The notes below the pieces were generated by a model. That model was not told where the DNA came from, ran no database searches, and saw only the letters and a program-made list of their open reading frames with translations. Below, in pieces: positions 8,626-19,400 of a stretch of 64,000 bases of DNA. This stretch comes from an uncultured Verrucomicrobiae bacterium (GTDB taxonomy: Bacteria; Verrucomicrobiota; Verrucomicrobiia; Limisphaerales; UBA11358): assembly GCA_963786375.1 (NCBI GenBank), contig CAWAYP010000001.1, positions 107,169 through 171,168 of the forward strand, read 5' to 3'. Both the position numbers and the translations under genes were made by a program. The number at the start of each line of letters is the position of its first letter. Positions within the stretch are counted from its first letter, which is position 1.

Positions 8626-8688
8626 CCTCGTCGTCGTCCTCGCGCTCGTAATCGAATTTTCCGAGGACGAGCACGAGGACGAGGAGGA
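8626..8688 (+). repeat. CCTCGTC/GACGAGG hairpin element (family C) directly after the apgM stop; probable terminator
   Basis: CCTCGTCGTCGTCCTCGCGCTCG-TAATCGAATTTTC-CGAGGACGAGCACGAGGACGAGGAGG. A second copy lies at 55745-55820. Confidence 0.7.
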
Positions 8689-8698
8689 TTTAATATAA

Positions 8699-9295
8699 AT
8701 GAACCTGCCGAACAAGCTGACGATAGGACGATTCGTGCTGACGGCGCTTTTTATCTGGGTGCTGTTCACGCCGGTTCCGTTCCATCACACACTGGCGTTG
8801 TTTTTTTTCTGCCTGGCGGGGGTCTCGGATTTTCTTGACGGCCGCATTGCGCGCAGCCGCGGCCTCATCACTAACTTCGGCATTTTGATGGATCCGCTCG
8901 CGGACAAGATCATGACTTGCTCGGCGTTCATCGCCTTCGTGGAAAGCACGCATCAAAGTTCCAACCCGCCGGTGACTGTTGAAGCATGGATGGTCATCAT
9001 CATTGTCGCGCGCGAGCTGGCCATCACCGGATTGCGGCTGCTGGCGGCGTCGAAAAGCGTCGTGCTGGCGGCGGAACGTTACGGCAAGCACAAGACCGTT
9101 TCGCAAATCGCGGCCATCATTGCCTTGCTCGTCGTGGACGCCCGCAACGAATGGCCGTCATGGCTGCAACCCCTGCTCACCGGCTGGGTGCCGGTGTTTG
9201 CGGACATCGCATTGTGGCTGACGGTGGTGCTGACCGCGACTTCCGGCGTGCTCTACCTGTGGCGCAACCGGGCGCTTTATATGAACGACGTCTGA
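8699..9295 (+). CDS. pgsA: CDP-diacylglycerol--glycerol-3-phosphate 3-phosphatidyltransferase
   Basis: CDP-alcohol phosphatidyltransferase motif DFLDGRIARSRGLITNFGILMDPLADK, multiple TM segments, ~198 aa. Confidence 0.9.
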   Translation: MNLPNKLTIGRFVLTALFIWVLFTPVPFHHTLALFFFCLAGVSDFLDGRIARSRGLITNFGILMDPLADKIMTCSAFIAFVESTHQSSNPPVTVEAWMVIIIVARELAITGLRLLAASKSVVLAAERYGKHKTVSQIAAIIALLVVDARNEWPSWLQPLLTGWVPVFADIALWLTVVLTATSGVLYLWRNRALYMNDV

Positions 9296-9381
9296 GGGAA
9301 AATACGGAATGAGAAAGGAAGAACGCGGAAAGGGAATGTGAAATTGGACGGGGCGCACCATTTCAGCGCGCCTTCCGCATT

Positions 9382-9879
9382 TCAGCGTTGTGACGTCAGC
9401 GGCAGCGTTTCGCCGGCATCGGCCGATTGATACACCGCCGGCTTCAAACCCGCCAGCGGATTGCTGCGCGAATGATGCCGCCAGGCCGAACCGATCAGCA
9501 AAACCACCAGCAACAAAACCAACGCCCCGCCGCCAATCAACCCGCCCCGCCAGTTGAGTTTGGAAAGCCAGAACATCAGGTGGTCGAGCGGCGTGTTCGA
9601 TTCTTCCATCAGCGGCGGCGGTTCCTTGAATTTTTCCGACTGCCTCAGTTCGGCGTCGAGCGTGGACATGATTTGCGGCGTATTGAGTTTGAGTTGCGTG
9701 GCGTAGATGCGGACAAAACCGCGGATATAAATCGGCGCCGAAAACATCTCATAATGTCCCTCCTCCAGCGCGCGGATGTGGTCGGTGCGGATTTTGGTGG
9801 TATCCGCGACCTGCTGCACCGTGAGTTGCAGGGCGTTGCGCGCCGCCTGAAGTTGTTCACCGACTTGGGACATGGTCAT
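9382..9879 (-). CDS. RodZ-like helix-turn-helix (XRE-type) membrane protein
   Basis: N-terminal HTH (GEQLQAARNALQLTVQQVADTTKIRTDHIRALEEG), then IYIRGFVRIYA and a C-terminal TM segment. Start trimmed to ATG 9879 (MTMSQVGEQ). Confidence 0.7.
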   Translation of the reverse strand: MTMSQVGEQLQAARNALQLTVQQVADTTKIRTDHIRALEEGHYEMFSAPIYIRGFVRIYATQLKLNTPQIMSTLDAELRQSEKFKEPPPLMEESNTPLDHLMFWLSKLNWRGGLIGGGALVLLLVVLLIGSAWRHHSRSNPLAGLKPAVYQSADAGETLPLTSQR

Positions 9880-10054
9880 ATTTTCCAATATCTCTAAGCA
9901 ATTTTGCAACTTAAATAGCATGAAAAAGGCCAACTTTCGGCAATTTTGCATGAAAAATGACCCGGCCGGTTGTCGGCCGATACACAAGAACGGCGGAGTT
10001 GATTATGCGAAAAGCAATTGGGTCTGGATTAATTGAAGCTGCCGCTCTTATTTA

Positions 10055-10122
10055 CAAAAGAAACGAAGGTAACAAAGGTGGAAATTTACAGACCAGGATC
10101 CCTTGTTTCCTTCGTTACCTTC
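10055..10122. repeat. long hairpin (GAAGGTAACAAAGG ... CCTTCGTTACCTTC) spanning the PAP2 stop codon
   Basis: The arms at 10055-10068 and 10109-10122 are complementary at 13 of 14 positions. The right arm encodes the PAP2 C-terminal tail (..QKVTKETRDPGL). Confidence 0.6.
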
Positions 10123-10772
10123 TGTTGAATTTGCCTCTCTGAATCAAAACTTTTCCCGGCCACGGTTCCGATGACCGACCCAATAATGGCCCCGGCCACG
10201 AAATCCGAGAACCAATGAATGGTCATGGAGACCCCAATGCCGACGTAGAACGCATAAAGGATCGCCACCAAACCCAGCCAGCGCGGTTTCGGATGTAGGG
10301 TGAAGACCGTCACGGCCATGGCAAAAGCGATGGTGGTGTGCGACGACGGCCAGCCCCAGAAAACCCCGCCGCGCAGAAAGCCGAAGTGGAAAACACGGCT
10401 GATGTCCGCGCCGACATCGTGCGCCGGATGGGCGCGGCCGGTAAATGCTTTGTAGGCGACCACAACCAATGCCCCGAGAAGTTCAGCCTGACCGATGGCC
10501 CAGCCGGTCAGAATGACCTTCGCATTTCGAGCCACGATGCCGAAGGCAAAAAGGATCAGCGGCAAGGCGAGCGGCAGCAGCGCGCCAATTCCGACGGCGG
10601 GCCACATCCAGGAACGCAGCGCCGGATTGCGCGTGGCGAGGAACCAGCGCCAGTCGAAGCCGGACATGACCAGGATGAACGTGAGCAGGATGGCGATGAC
10701 ATGCCAGATGAGCCTCCGGCCCGTGAAGCAGCCGATGAGGTTGCGGGGCAGCGTCACCAGAAATTGTTTCAT
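10086..10772 (-). CDS. PAP2 family phosphatase (membrane)
   Basis: The three PAP2 motifs are present in order: KAFTGRAHP, WPSSHT and SMTIHWFSDFVAG. Polytopic membrane profile. Confidence 0.8.
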   Translation of the reverse strand: MKQFLVTLPRNLIGCFTGRRLIWHVIAILLTFILVMSGFDWRWFLATRNPALRSWMWPAVGIGALLPLALPLILFAFGIVARNAKVILTGWAIGQAELLGALVVVAYKAFTGRAHPAHDVGADISRVFHFGFLRGGVFWGWPSSHTTIAFAMAVTVFTLHPKPRWLGLVAILYAFYVGIGVSMTIHWFSDFVAGAIIGSVIGTVAGKSFDSERQIQQKVTKETRDPGL

Positions 10773-10780
10773 GCAGAACT

Positions 10781-10843
10781 GGGAGGGACGGCGTGTCGCC
10801 GTCCCAAATCAAAAATTGGGGCCGCCGACAGGGCAGCCCTCCC
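10781..10843. repeat. composite palindromic element, family A, intergenic between ftsK and the PAP2 gene
   Basis: GGGAGGGACGGCGTGTCGCCGTCCCAAATCAAAAATTGGGGCCGCCGACAGGGCAGCCCTCCC. Confidence 0.85.
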
Positions 10844-10849
10844 ATTCAA

Positions 10850-13624
10850 TTACACCGCTTCCTGCCCGCCGCCGTCCGCGCCCGTGCCGTCCAGATCAAT
10901 CAGGATGTCGCGCGGCTCGGCGCCTTTGCTGGGGCCGACGATGCCGCGGTTTTCCAGTTCGTCCATGATGCGCGCGGCGCGGGTGTAGCCGAGGCGCAAC
11001 CGGCGTTGCATCAACGACACGCTCGCCTTTTGTTCGCTGCGGATGACTTCGATGCACTGCTGGATGAGTTCCTCGTCCTCGTCAATGCCGGTTTCGTTTT
11101 CAAAATTGGCCGCGGGCTGGGAAAGTTGCCGGTGGATTTCCAGGTCGTAGTTCGGCTTGCCCTGCTTGGCGATGAACTCGACGATGCTGTTGATTTCCTG
11201 GTCGGTAATGAGCGCGCCCTGGGCGCGTATCAGTTTCGCCGAGCCGGGCGGCAGATACAGCATGTCGCCCTTGCCGAGCAATTTGTCCGCGCCCATCGCG
11301 TCGAGAATCGTGCGCGAATCCACGCGCGAGGCGCACTGGAACGCAATGCGCGCGGTGATGTTGGCCTTGATGACGCCGGTGATGACGTCCACGCTCGGCC
11401 GCTGCGTGGCGACGATGCAATGAATGCCCGCCGCGCGTGCCATCTGGGTGATGCGGGCGATGGCCATTTCCACGTCGGCGGGCGCCACGAGCATCAGGTC
11501 CGCCAGCTCGTCAATGATGACGACGATGTAGGTCAGTTTTTCGGGAATGACGATGTCGTCGTCGCGCGGCACGACGATTTCCTCGTCCACTTCCACCGCG
11601 AACCCTTCCGCGCCCGGTTCGACTTTTTCCTTTTTGGCCTTGAGCGGCAGTTCCAATTCCTGCTGCGGCAGCGGCTTGTTCTTCGGGCGCGAATTGAAGG
11701 AGCCGATGTTGCGGACGCCGACCCGCGCGAAAATCTGATAGCGCTTTTCCATCTCATTGACGACCCAGCGCAGCGCGAGGATGACCTTTTTGGGATCGGT
11801 CACCACCGGCACGACGAGGTGCGGCAGGGCGTTGTATTGCTGCAACTCGACGACCTTGGGATCAATCATCACAAACCGAAGCTGGTCGGGCGAAAACTTG
11901 TAGAGCAGCGACGTGATGATGGAATTGATGCAAACGGATTTGCCGGAGCCGGTGCTGCCGGCAATGAGGATGTGCGGCATTTCCGACAGATCAGCGACAA
12001 TCGGATGACCATAAACGTCCTTGCCCAGCGCGATGGGAATTTTTGCCTTGGAATTGCGCCATTCGTCCGATTCAAACAAATCGCGCACGATGACCTTGGT
12101 CTTGACCGGGTTGGGCACCTCGACGCCGACGGAGCTTTTGCCGGGCACGGGCGCGAGGATGTGGATGCGCTCGGCCTTGAGCGCGGCGGCGATGTTGTTG
12201 GACAGCGCGGTGATTTTTTCCAGCTTCACTCCGGGCGCCGGATGCAATTCGTAGCGCGTGATGGTCGGGCCTTTGGTGATGTCCCCCAGCGAAACCTCGA
12301 TGTCGAACTGCGCGAGCGTCTGCTGCATTAGCCGCGCGTTGGCCATCAATTCCTCCTTCGATTCGGTGGGCTTTACCGTCGTGTCGGGATGCTGGAGAAA
12401 ATCCAGCGGCGGCAACTGGTAATTGCCGATGATGGGCGTCGAAGCGACGGTGATGGGTTTGGGCCGCTTCGGTTTTGTCCTGGATTTCGCCGACACGGAA
12501 TTGTCCGCAATGTGAACCACCGGTTCGGCGGGCTTTTCCGGCTCAATTTTTTCCGGTTCCCCGATTTTGGTTTCCGCCGATTTTTCCGCGGCCGGTTCTT
12601 CCCCGAGAATGTCCCCGGTGGTCGCGGCGGGAACCTCACGCGGGAGAATGGCTTCCGCTTCACCGGCGGACGCGGGCTTGGGTCCCGGCCCCGGCGGCGG
12701 GGCTTCTTCGCCGCGGGCGGGTTCTCTGATCACGCCGCCGGGCAAGGTGGTTTTGCGGATGCGCGCGGACGTGGCAGGTGCGGGTTTGGCCTGCGGCACG
12801 CTCAAATCCCGGACGGTGGGTTCGGGAACGGGTTGCATATCCGCGCCCAGTCCGGTGCGCGCGACTTCTTCCTGCAACTTTTGGGCCTGCTTTTCCAATT
12901 CACGCGCCCGGCGCTCCAGCGCGCCGTCCCCGGCGGGTTCCGGTTCGGCGCCGTCTCCGGCGGGCACCTTCTCCACCAGACCGCGAATCCATTCGCCCAG
13001 CCGGAAATTGGTCAGGAACAGCAGGCTGATGAGGCAAAGCGCCGCGTAAACAATGATCGCCCCGGCCGTGCCGAGCAGGCAAAAACCATATTCATAGCGT
13101 GGCGTCTGGCCGAAGGTCAAAAACCCGAGCCAGCCGCCCGCGCTTAACGAACCGATGGTTTCATGGATTTTTCCAAGCCAGCCGGCGTTGTCCAGGATGT
13201 AGAGCAGGCCGGTAAGGGACAGCACCAGCGTGGCTGACCAGATCAACGACCATTGCAAACGCTCCCGCAAATGGCTGGGAAAGTTGAGCAGATAAGCCAG
13301 CCCAAAGACGGCGAGCAGCACGGGCAAAAGGTAGGCAACCAAACCAAACGGGATGAACGAGGCCCACGCCAGATAGGCGCCGAGCGGGCCAATCCAGTTG
13401 TGCGTGGGCTTGTTCAACTGCGTGGTCAGGAAGGAAATGTCATTGCGGTCAAACGACCATTGCGCCACCAGCAGCAACAGCGCCGCGGCGAGCAGCGCCA
13501 CGCCGATGATGTCGCCGAAACCGTGGGTGGAATTCGATGGCGTCTTGCGTGACATGGCCGCAGCGTAACAATTCAACGGGGCAACTTCAAAGTTGAAAAT
13601 ACCCGTCCGCTTCGCGGAACTCAT
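10850..13624 (-). CDS. ftsK: DNA translocase FtsK
   Basis: N-terminal TM block, Pro/Glu-rich linker, motor domain with Walker A (LIAGSTGSGKSVCIN) and Walker B (VVIIDELADL), and a C-terminal gamma/winged-helix domain (ASVSLMQRRLRLGYTRAARIMDELE). Alternative start at ATG 13555 (MSRKTPSN). Confidence 0.93.
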   Translation of the reverse strand: MSSAKRTGIFNFEVAPLNCYAAAMSRKTPSNSTHGFGDIIGVALLAAALLLLVAQWSFDRNDISFLTTQLNKPTHNWIGPLGAYLAWASFIPFGLVAYLLPVLLAVFGLAYLLNFPSHLRERLQWSLIWSATLVLSLTGLLYILDNAGWLGKIHETIGSLSAGGWLGFLTFGQTPRYEYGFCLLGTAGAIIVYAALCLISLLFLTNFRLGEWIRGLVEKVPAGDGAEPEPAGDGALERRARELEKQAQKLQEEVARTGLGADMQPVPEPTVRDLSVPQAKPAPATSARIRKTTLPGGVIREPARGEEAPPPGPGPKPASAGEAEAILPREVPAATTGDILGEEPAAEKSAETKIGEPEKIEPEKPAEPVVHIADNSVSAKSRTKPKRPKPITVASTPIIGNYQLPPLDFLQHPDTTVKPTESKEELMANARLMQQTLAQFDIEVSLGDITKGPTITRYELHPAPGVKLEKITALSNNIAAALKAERIHILAPVPGKSSVGVEVPNPVKTKVIVRDLFESDEWRNSKAKIPIALGKDVYGHPIVADLSEMPHILIAGSTGSGKSVCINSIITSLLYKFSPDQLRFVMIDPKVVELQQYNALPHLVVPVVTDPKKVILALRWVVNEMEKRYQIFARVGVRNIGSFNSRPKNKPLPQQELELPLKAKKEKVEPGAEGFAVEVDEEIVVPRDDDIVIPEKLTYIVVIIDELADLMLVAPADVEMAIARITQMARAAGIHCIVATQRPSVDVITGVIKANITARIAFQCASRVDSRTILDAMGADKLLGKGDMLYLPPGSAKLIRAQGALITDQEINSIVEFIAKQGKPNYDLEIHRQLSQPAANFENETGIDEDEELIQQCIEVIRSEQKASVSLMQRRLRLGYTRAARIMDELENRGIVGPSKGAEPRDILIDLDGTGADGGGQEAV

Positions 13625-13640
13625 GGCCCGGCCGCTCCGT

Positions 13641-14321
13641 TCACGGAGCGGAAGGTCTGGGCTTGATTTGCAAACGCAACCGTTTCGTCCGCTTTTGCAC
13701 GTCTGTGAATTGTTGAGGAGTCAGCCCTTTCCGCAAAAGATCGCGGCTCTCCGCAGCATCCGGGTCCGCCTTGGCCGCAATGCTGAACCACGCATACGCC
13801 TCCACGATGTCTTTCTCCACGCCCTGGCCATTGGCATAGCAGTAGCCCAGATTCAATTGTGCCTCCGGGTGGCCCTGTTCGGCGGCCTTGCGATACCATT
13901 TGGTCGCCTCCTCCGCATCCTTCTCCACGCCCCGGCCATTGTCGTAGCAATAGCCCAGATTGGATTGAGCGGGGGCGTAATTCTGTTCGGCGGCCAGGCG
14001 GAACCATTTCACCGCCTCCTCTTTGTCCTTCCTTATACCCTGGCCGTTGGCGTAGCAGTAACCCAGATTGAACTGAGCGGGGGCGTAATTCTGCTCGGCG
14101 GCCTTGCGATACCACTTGACGGCCTCCTTCGCATTCTTCGCCACCCCCCGGCCGTCATCGTAGCAGAAACCCAGATTGAATTGGGCCTCGGCATCTCCCT
14201 TTTCCGCCTTGGCTTTGTATTCCAGAAATTTGCCGGGAACGGCGGCGTTCTTCGGCGCGGCGGCGCGGGTTGAAAGCAGGCTGCTGATGTACTTGAAGAC
14301 GGCGCCGGGAAATCTTTTCAT
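13641..14321 (-). CDS. Sel1-like (SLR/TPR) repeat protein, probably secreted
   Basis: At least four 36-aa units of the form AQ.NLGYCY.NG.GV.KD..EA.KWYRKAAEQ. The DNA shows the matching ~108-bp periodicity across ~13760-14200. Start trimmed to ATG 14321 (MKRFPGAVF..., signal-like). Confidence 0.85.
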   Translation of the reverse strand: MKRFPGAVFKYISSLLSTRAAAPKNAAVPGKFLEYKAKAEKGDAEAQFNLGFCYDDGRGVAKNAKEAVKWYRKAAEQNYAPAQFNLGYCYANGQGIRKDKEEAVKWFRLAAEQNYAPAQSNLGYCYDNGRGVEKDAEEATKWYRKAAEQGHPEAQLNLGYCYANGQGVEKDIVEAYAWFSIAAKADPDAAESRDLLRKGLTPQQFTDVQKRTKRLRLQIKPRPSAP

Positions 14322-14432
14322 CGGGCTAGAACCTACGCCTTCACCATCAACAACCGCAAGCAAATCCTGTTGCGCTTTCAATTCGCGCTTGCCAACGCGC
14401 GGCGGGATTGTCACGCTTTTAATTCCGCAAGC

Positions 14433-14507
14433 GCGCGGTTAGCTCAGTGGTAGAGCACTTCCTTGACACGGAAGGGGTCAGAGGTTCAAACCCTCTATCG
14501 CGCACCA
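14433..14507 (+). tRNA. tRNA-Val (anticodon GAC), CCA encoded
   Basis: Hand-folded. Acceptor GCGCGGT/ATCGCGC, D arm GCTC-AGTGGTA-GAGC, anticodon arm CTTCC-TTGACAC-GGAAG, T arm AGAGG-TTCAAAC-CCTCT, then A plus CCA. Confidence 0.92.
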
Positions 14508-14592
14508 TTCCACCACTCAAGCTGCACGCAAGTCCTTCGTCATTTTTCCGGCTTTTTTGGCTCCCCAAACAAATGGAAGCTGGAACGACCGC

Positions 14593-15441
14593 TCATCGCC
14601 GCGGCTGCGGCACGGCGTACCGGTTCCAATAAAGGAGCCAGAGATTGTCCAGTCCGGTGTAGCTTGCATGGCCATCCACAAAGCTGACATTTATTCCGCC
14701 TGGAAGCGGATGCACCGTGTGTTTTATGGCCACGAAGCCTGTCAGGGGAGGCCTCTCGCCATGACGTTCAAGACAACAACGTCCCATGCCGTTGTAAGGA
14801 AATGTATTATTGCCCGCCATGTAGTTCTCATCGTATAGCCACCATGTGGGCAAAGTATCCGGACCTTGCGCATAAGGCCACATGTCCGGCCACAAAGCGT
14901 CCACAAACATCGGGGTGAAAGACGGGTGCGTAACCGCCGCAATTGAGCCAAAGAAGTTTGTACCGTAACCAGCTGGCAACCAAGCCGCAAGTTGCAAGGA
15001 TTGGTAAAGCCATCCGTTCAAGCCATAGCTGCCATTGGTAACAACAGTGGGGCTTGCCGGATTGTTCGGGTCTGAGAGAACATTCCAGGTCCACGCTTGA
15101 TTGGCCGTGCCTTGCCAATTCCAGGTGCCCCTGCCCGGCTCAGGATTCGGAGTCGAGGCCAGCGGGCACAACAATTTGGCTCCCGTATTTTGCGCTATGT
15201 TCAGCGACGCGGGCCAAAGCTGATTACCGCCGCCCCAAGGGATGCTTTTATTCTCGGTCTGATAAACGGTTGCCGCCATCGTAAGCTGCCGGAGATTGCC
15301 CAGGCATTGGGCGCTAAACTCCCTGAGTTTGGTGGCGGCCAGGGCGGGCAACAGCGTTGCCGCCAGCAGGGCGACGGTGGCAATCACCACCAGCAGTTCG
15401 GTCAGCGTGAACCCGTCACTTTTTCGGTTGGTGGCTTTCAT
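14593..15441 (-). CDS. prepilin-type N-terminal cleavage/methylation domain protein (pseudopilin-like), paralog 1
   Basis: GFTLTELLVVIATVALLAATLLPAL at the N-terminus and GGINVSFVDGHASY near the C-terminus. Start trimmed to ATG 15441 (MKATNRKSDGFTL). Confidence 0.85.
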   Translation of the reverse strand: MKATNRKSDGFTLTELLVVIATVALLAATLLPALAATKLREFSAQCLGNLRQLTMAATVYQTENKSIPWGGGNQLWPASLNIAQNTGAKLLCPLASTPNPEPGRGTWNWQGTANQAWTWNVLSDPNNPASPTVVTNGSYGLNGWLYQSLQLAAWLPAGYGTNFFGSIAAVTHPSFTPMFVDALWPDMWPYAQGPDTLPTWWLYDENYMAGNNTFPYNGMGRCCLERHGERPPLTGFVAIKHTVHPLPGGINVSFVDGHASYTGLDNLWLLYWNRYAVPQPRR

Positions 15442-15485
15442 AAATTCGAGGCGCGCTTGTGAATTTGTCCGGCGCGGATGCCGAT

Positions 15486-16352
15486 TCATTGCCGCGGCTG
15501 CGGCACGGCGTACCGGTTCCAATAAAGGAGCCAGAGATTGTCCAGTCCGGTGTAGCTTGCATGGCCATCCACAAAGCTGACATTCACTCCGCCCGGAAGT
15601 GGATGCACCGTGTGTTTTATGGCCACGAAGCCTGTCAAGGGAGGCCTCTCGCCATGACGTTCAAGACAACAACGCGCCATGCCCTTGTAAGAAAATGTAT
15701 TATTGCCCGCCTGGTAGTTCTCATCGTATAGCCACCATGTGGGCAAAGTATCCGGACCTTGCGCATAAGGCCACATGTCCGGCCACAAGGCGTCCACAAA
15801 CATCGGGGTGAAAGACGGGTGCGTAACCGCCGCAGTTGAGCCAAAGAAGTTTGTACCGCAACCAACTGGCAACCAGCTACCCGCCAAAGCCCATAGTTGC
15901 AAGGCTCCATCCCATTGGTAAAGCCATCCGTTCAAGCCATAACTGCCATTGGTAACAACAGTGGGGCTTGCCGGATTGTTCGGGTCTGAGAGAACATTCC
16001 AGGTCCACGCTTGATTGGCCGTGCCTTGGAAATTCCCGGTGCCCCTGCCCGGCTCAGGATTCGGAGTCGAGGCCAGCGGGCACAACAAATCGGCTCCCGT
16101 ATTTTGCGCTGTGTTCAGCGACGCGGGCCAAAGCTGATTACCGCCCCAAGGGATGCTTTTATTCTCGGTCTGATAAACGGTTGCCGCCATCGTAAGCTGC
16201 CGGAGATTGCCCAGGCATTGGGCGCTAAGCTCCCTGAGTTTGGTGGCGGCCAGGGCGGGCAGCAGCGTTGCCGCCAGGATGGCAACGGTGGCAATCACCA
16301 CCAGCAGTTCGGTCAGCGTAAAGCCGGAAGTTTTTGTCTCGGTTGCTTTCAT
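15486..16352 (-). CDS. prepilin-type N-terminal cleavage/methylation domain protein (pseudopilin-like), paralog 2
   Basis: Near-identical to paralog 1 along most of its length (GFTLTELLVVIATVAILAATLLPAL ... GGVNVSFVDGHASY). Start trimmed to ATG 16352 (MKATETKTSGFTL). Confidence 0.85.
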   Translation of the reverse strand: MKATETKTSGFTLTELLVVIATVAILAATLLPALAATKLRELSAQCLGNLRQLTMAATVYQTENKSIPWGGNQLWPASLNTAQNTGADLLCPLASTPNPEPGRGTGNFQGTANQAWTWNVLSDPNNPASPTVVTNGSYGLNGWLYQWDGALQLWALAGSWLPVGCGTNFFGSTAAVTHPSFTPMFVDALWPDMWPYAQGPDTLPTWWLYDENYQAGNNTFSYKGMARCCLERHGERPPLTGFVAIKHTVHPLPGGVNVSFVDGHASYTGLDNLWLLYWNRYAVPQPRQ

Positions 16353-16407
16353 AATTTCGAGGTGTTTGGATAATTTATTTGGCGCTGACTTCCGCATCCG
16401 GGTCAAA

Positions 16408-19400
16408 CTACGGTCCCAATCTGATCCGGTAGAAGCCCGATGACCGATTCGTGACCGGAGTCGGATAGTTGGTAAATACATCGCCGGAACCGGGAAGCGA
16501 GATGTCGGGACTGATGTCCGAGAAAGGGCCGTTGAGGGCGGCGGCGGCCTGGACAACATTGGTTCTCCCGCCCCCGGCCTGCCAACGGATCAGCATGTTG
16601 GTCCCTTGTGGACTGATGGAAGTGATGCGAAAGACCGAAGCCGGGTTGGTTGGATTCAGACCGGCGAGGAATTTGTCCAGATTCGATATCCCGGTGCCGT
16701 CGGCATCATCCTGCGCCAGCGACAAATCCCCCGCCTCGCCCGTCGGATGCCCGAAATACTGAATCATCCACCAGTCGGGTATGCCGTCGCCATCGCTGTC
16801 CAGCGGCATCCCGACATCCATCGCAAAGGCAAACGCATCCGGCACGCGGTTCAAATCCTCCGCCGCCAGTCCGGAACCCAGGCTCAAAAAGGCGACGGTC
16901 CCGCCATCCGCATTGACCGCCGGTTTTGAATCCCACAAAACCGGACTCGAACCTGCTTGTCCGGCGGTCAAGTTCTCGTTTGTGCCAAAAAAGCGGTCGT
17001 AACGGTAGATGTTGGGAACCGGGTTGATGTCCCCCGGCACGACGCCGGTCGCGTAACTGCGGTACACCACAAATCTTCCATCACTGCTGATGACAGGCAA
17101 ATCATAGTTTCCGCCACTACTGACGAGGATGGGGGTGTAATTGGAACTGACCAGCGTCAGGGCCTGTGTTTGCAGATCGCACAGGTAAATGTTCGTGCTC
17201 GAATTGGTGCTGGTCTGCGCCACCAAGGCGAGGTATTGCCCGTCCGCGCTCCAGCCGTCATGGCTCCACAGCATGACCGGGTAATTGAATGAGAAAATGT
17301 TGGTTCCCGTCATCACATCGTCCACGAGCGCAAGGTTGGTATAGCCAGACTCGGTGTACAGCACGCGCGTCCCGCTTGCGTTCAATACTGCATCGGTGAC
17401 GGAGCCCAGACCCGTATTCGTGTAAATGTCCGCGCCCAATTGGCTGTCCCAGACTCTCACCTGCGGCGACTGGGCACCTGAATCGCTGGAGTAGGCCACA
17501 TAACGGCCATCACCACTCAGCGAGGGCGGGAAGATGGAATAGCCGGGAGTCAAAACTGCATTTGTCAAAGCCACAGTAATTCCGGCAGTTATATCGCGCC
17601 AATACGTGTAGGAATTTGCTGTGTTCGCCAAACCGGGAGTCAGATTGTAGGCGAGGCTCCAAAAGGTCACATACCGTCCATCCTGGCTGACGACCGGATC
17701 GGCGCAATCGCCGTTGGCACCGTCAACGCCATTGGTGCTGACGCTGACCAGGACGGTGTTCCCGGTCTGCAGATCGCGACGAAACACGTTGACGGTGGTG
17801 GTAATGCCCTGGCTGGCGACGAGGTTGGTGGCCGTGCTGAGAAACACGACGTAACGTCCGTTTCCGCTGATCACCGGATTTACTGAGGAACCACCCCAGG
17901 CCGGACCGCCGTTGGCCCCCGCGCTGACCAGGGTGGTGGTATTCGCCAGCAAGTCCCGGACAAAGACATCCGGCAAATCATTCGTGTCGTTTGGCACCAA
18001 GTCGTCCGCCTCGCTGGCAAAAGCCACCCACTGCCCGTTCGTGCTGACGGAAACCTCCGACACACCGGAGTTATCGCCGGTCTGCGGGATGACGGTGGCG
18101 TCCTGCGTTGAAATCAACTCCGTCGTGTTCCCAACCAGGTCCCGCACGAAAACATCGCTGGCCTGGTTGTCGTCCCCGCCGACCAGGCTGCCGTCCGGGC
18201 TGTCGAAAGCGACGTATTGGCCATCAGAACTGACGCTGAATGAGGTTGTGGCGTCGTCACTCGAAGCGATGCCATTGGTGTCCACATCCACCAATTGCAG
18301 GTTGTTGTTCGTCAAATTGCGGAGGTAAATGTGAAATCCGCCGGCGACAACATTGCCGGGCAAATTGGTGGTGTTGCTGAGAAACACCACCGACGAGTCA
18401 TCCGCGCTGAACACCGGTTGCACGGAAGTCGAGGTGATGGCGCCATTGGTTCCGGGGTCGCTGATCAACGTGTCCGTTTTGGTCTGCGCGTTCCATACGT
18501 GGACGCTCGAATACCCCAAGGCGGAGCTGGCAGTGCCTTCCAGCTTGACATAAACCACATAATTGCCGTCAGGGGTCATTTCGGGTCCGAAGCCGTCATC
18601 CAGATTCAATGCCATGCCGATGCCGTTCGTATTGGAATTGATGACCGTGGTGGTGGCCGTTGCCAAATCATATCGCAGGATCATGTTGCCAGCGGACAAA
18701 CTGGTCTGGCCAATCTTGAAGACCACATGTTGCCCGTCAGCACTCAGCCGCGGATGGTAGGCCGGAACACCGTTTTGCGAATATAATTGAAAGAGAAAGT
18801 TTGTGTAGGCAATCGCGGCGGCATTGGTGCTGGCCCAGGTGGTGATGCCCGCCAGCCGGTCCCGCACATACACTTCGCCCAAGGTGGTGGCCGGGACCGC
18901 CGGCACCAGATTTGTCGCGGTGCTGAAAAACGCCACGTATCGGCCGTCCGGCGTGATGACCGGCGTGGCCGTGGTGACGTTCGTCCCGGTGGCGCCCACA
19001 CTGATCAGCCAAGTCGTTTGCGTGATCAGGTCCCGCACAAAGACATCCGGAATCCCGTTCGTGTCACCCGCCACCAGGTTGCTCGCCGCGCTAATGAAGG
19101 CCACACAGGTGCCATCCGGGGTCATGACCGGGTCGGTGGAAGCGCCATTGGCAAATCCCCCGTTCGCCGCCACGCTGATGAGCCGGGTGATGCCCGTGTA
19201 AGTGTCGCGCAGGAAAATATCGCTGACACCATTTGTGTCGCCGGGCACGAGGTCGCTGGCGTCGCTTTGGAACACCACATAACGGCCATTGGCGGAGACC
19301 TGGCCGAGCACGGAATTGCCGTTGCCACCGCCACCGCCGTTGCAACTGGAGCTGATGAGAATCGTCGTATTCGCCGTGCGATCGCGCAGATAGACGTTCA

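Noticed and set aside
10793-12331. 512-aa plus-strand ORF
   Set aside because: Shadow frame of ftsK. It begins inside the family A repeat, and its composition is dominated by R, A, G and D.
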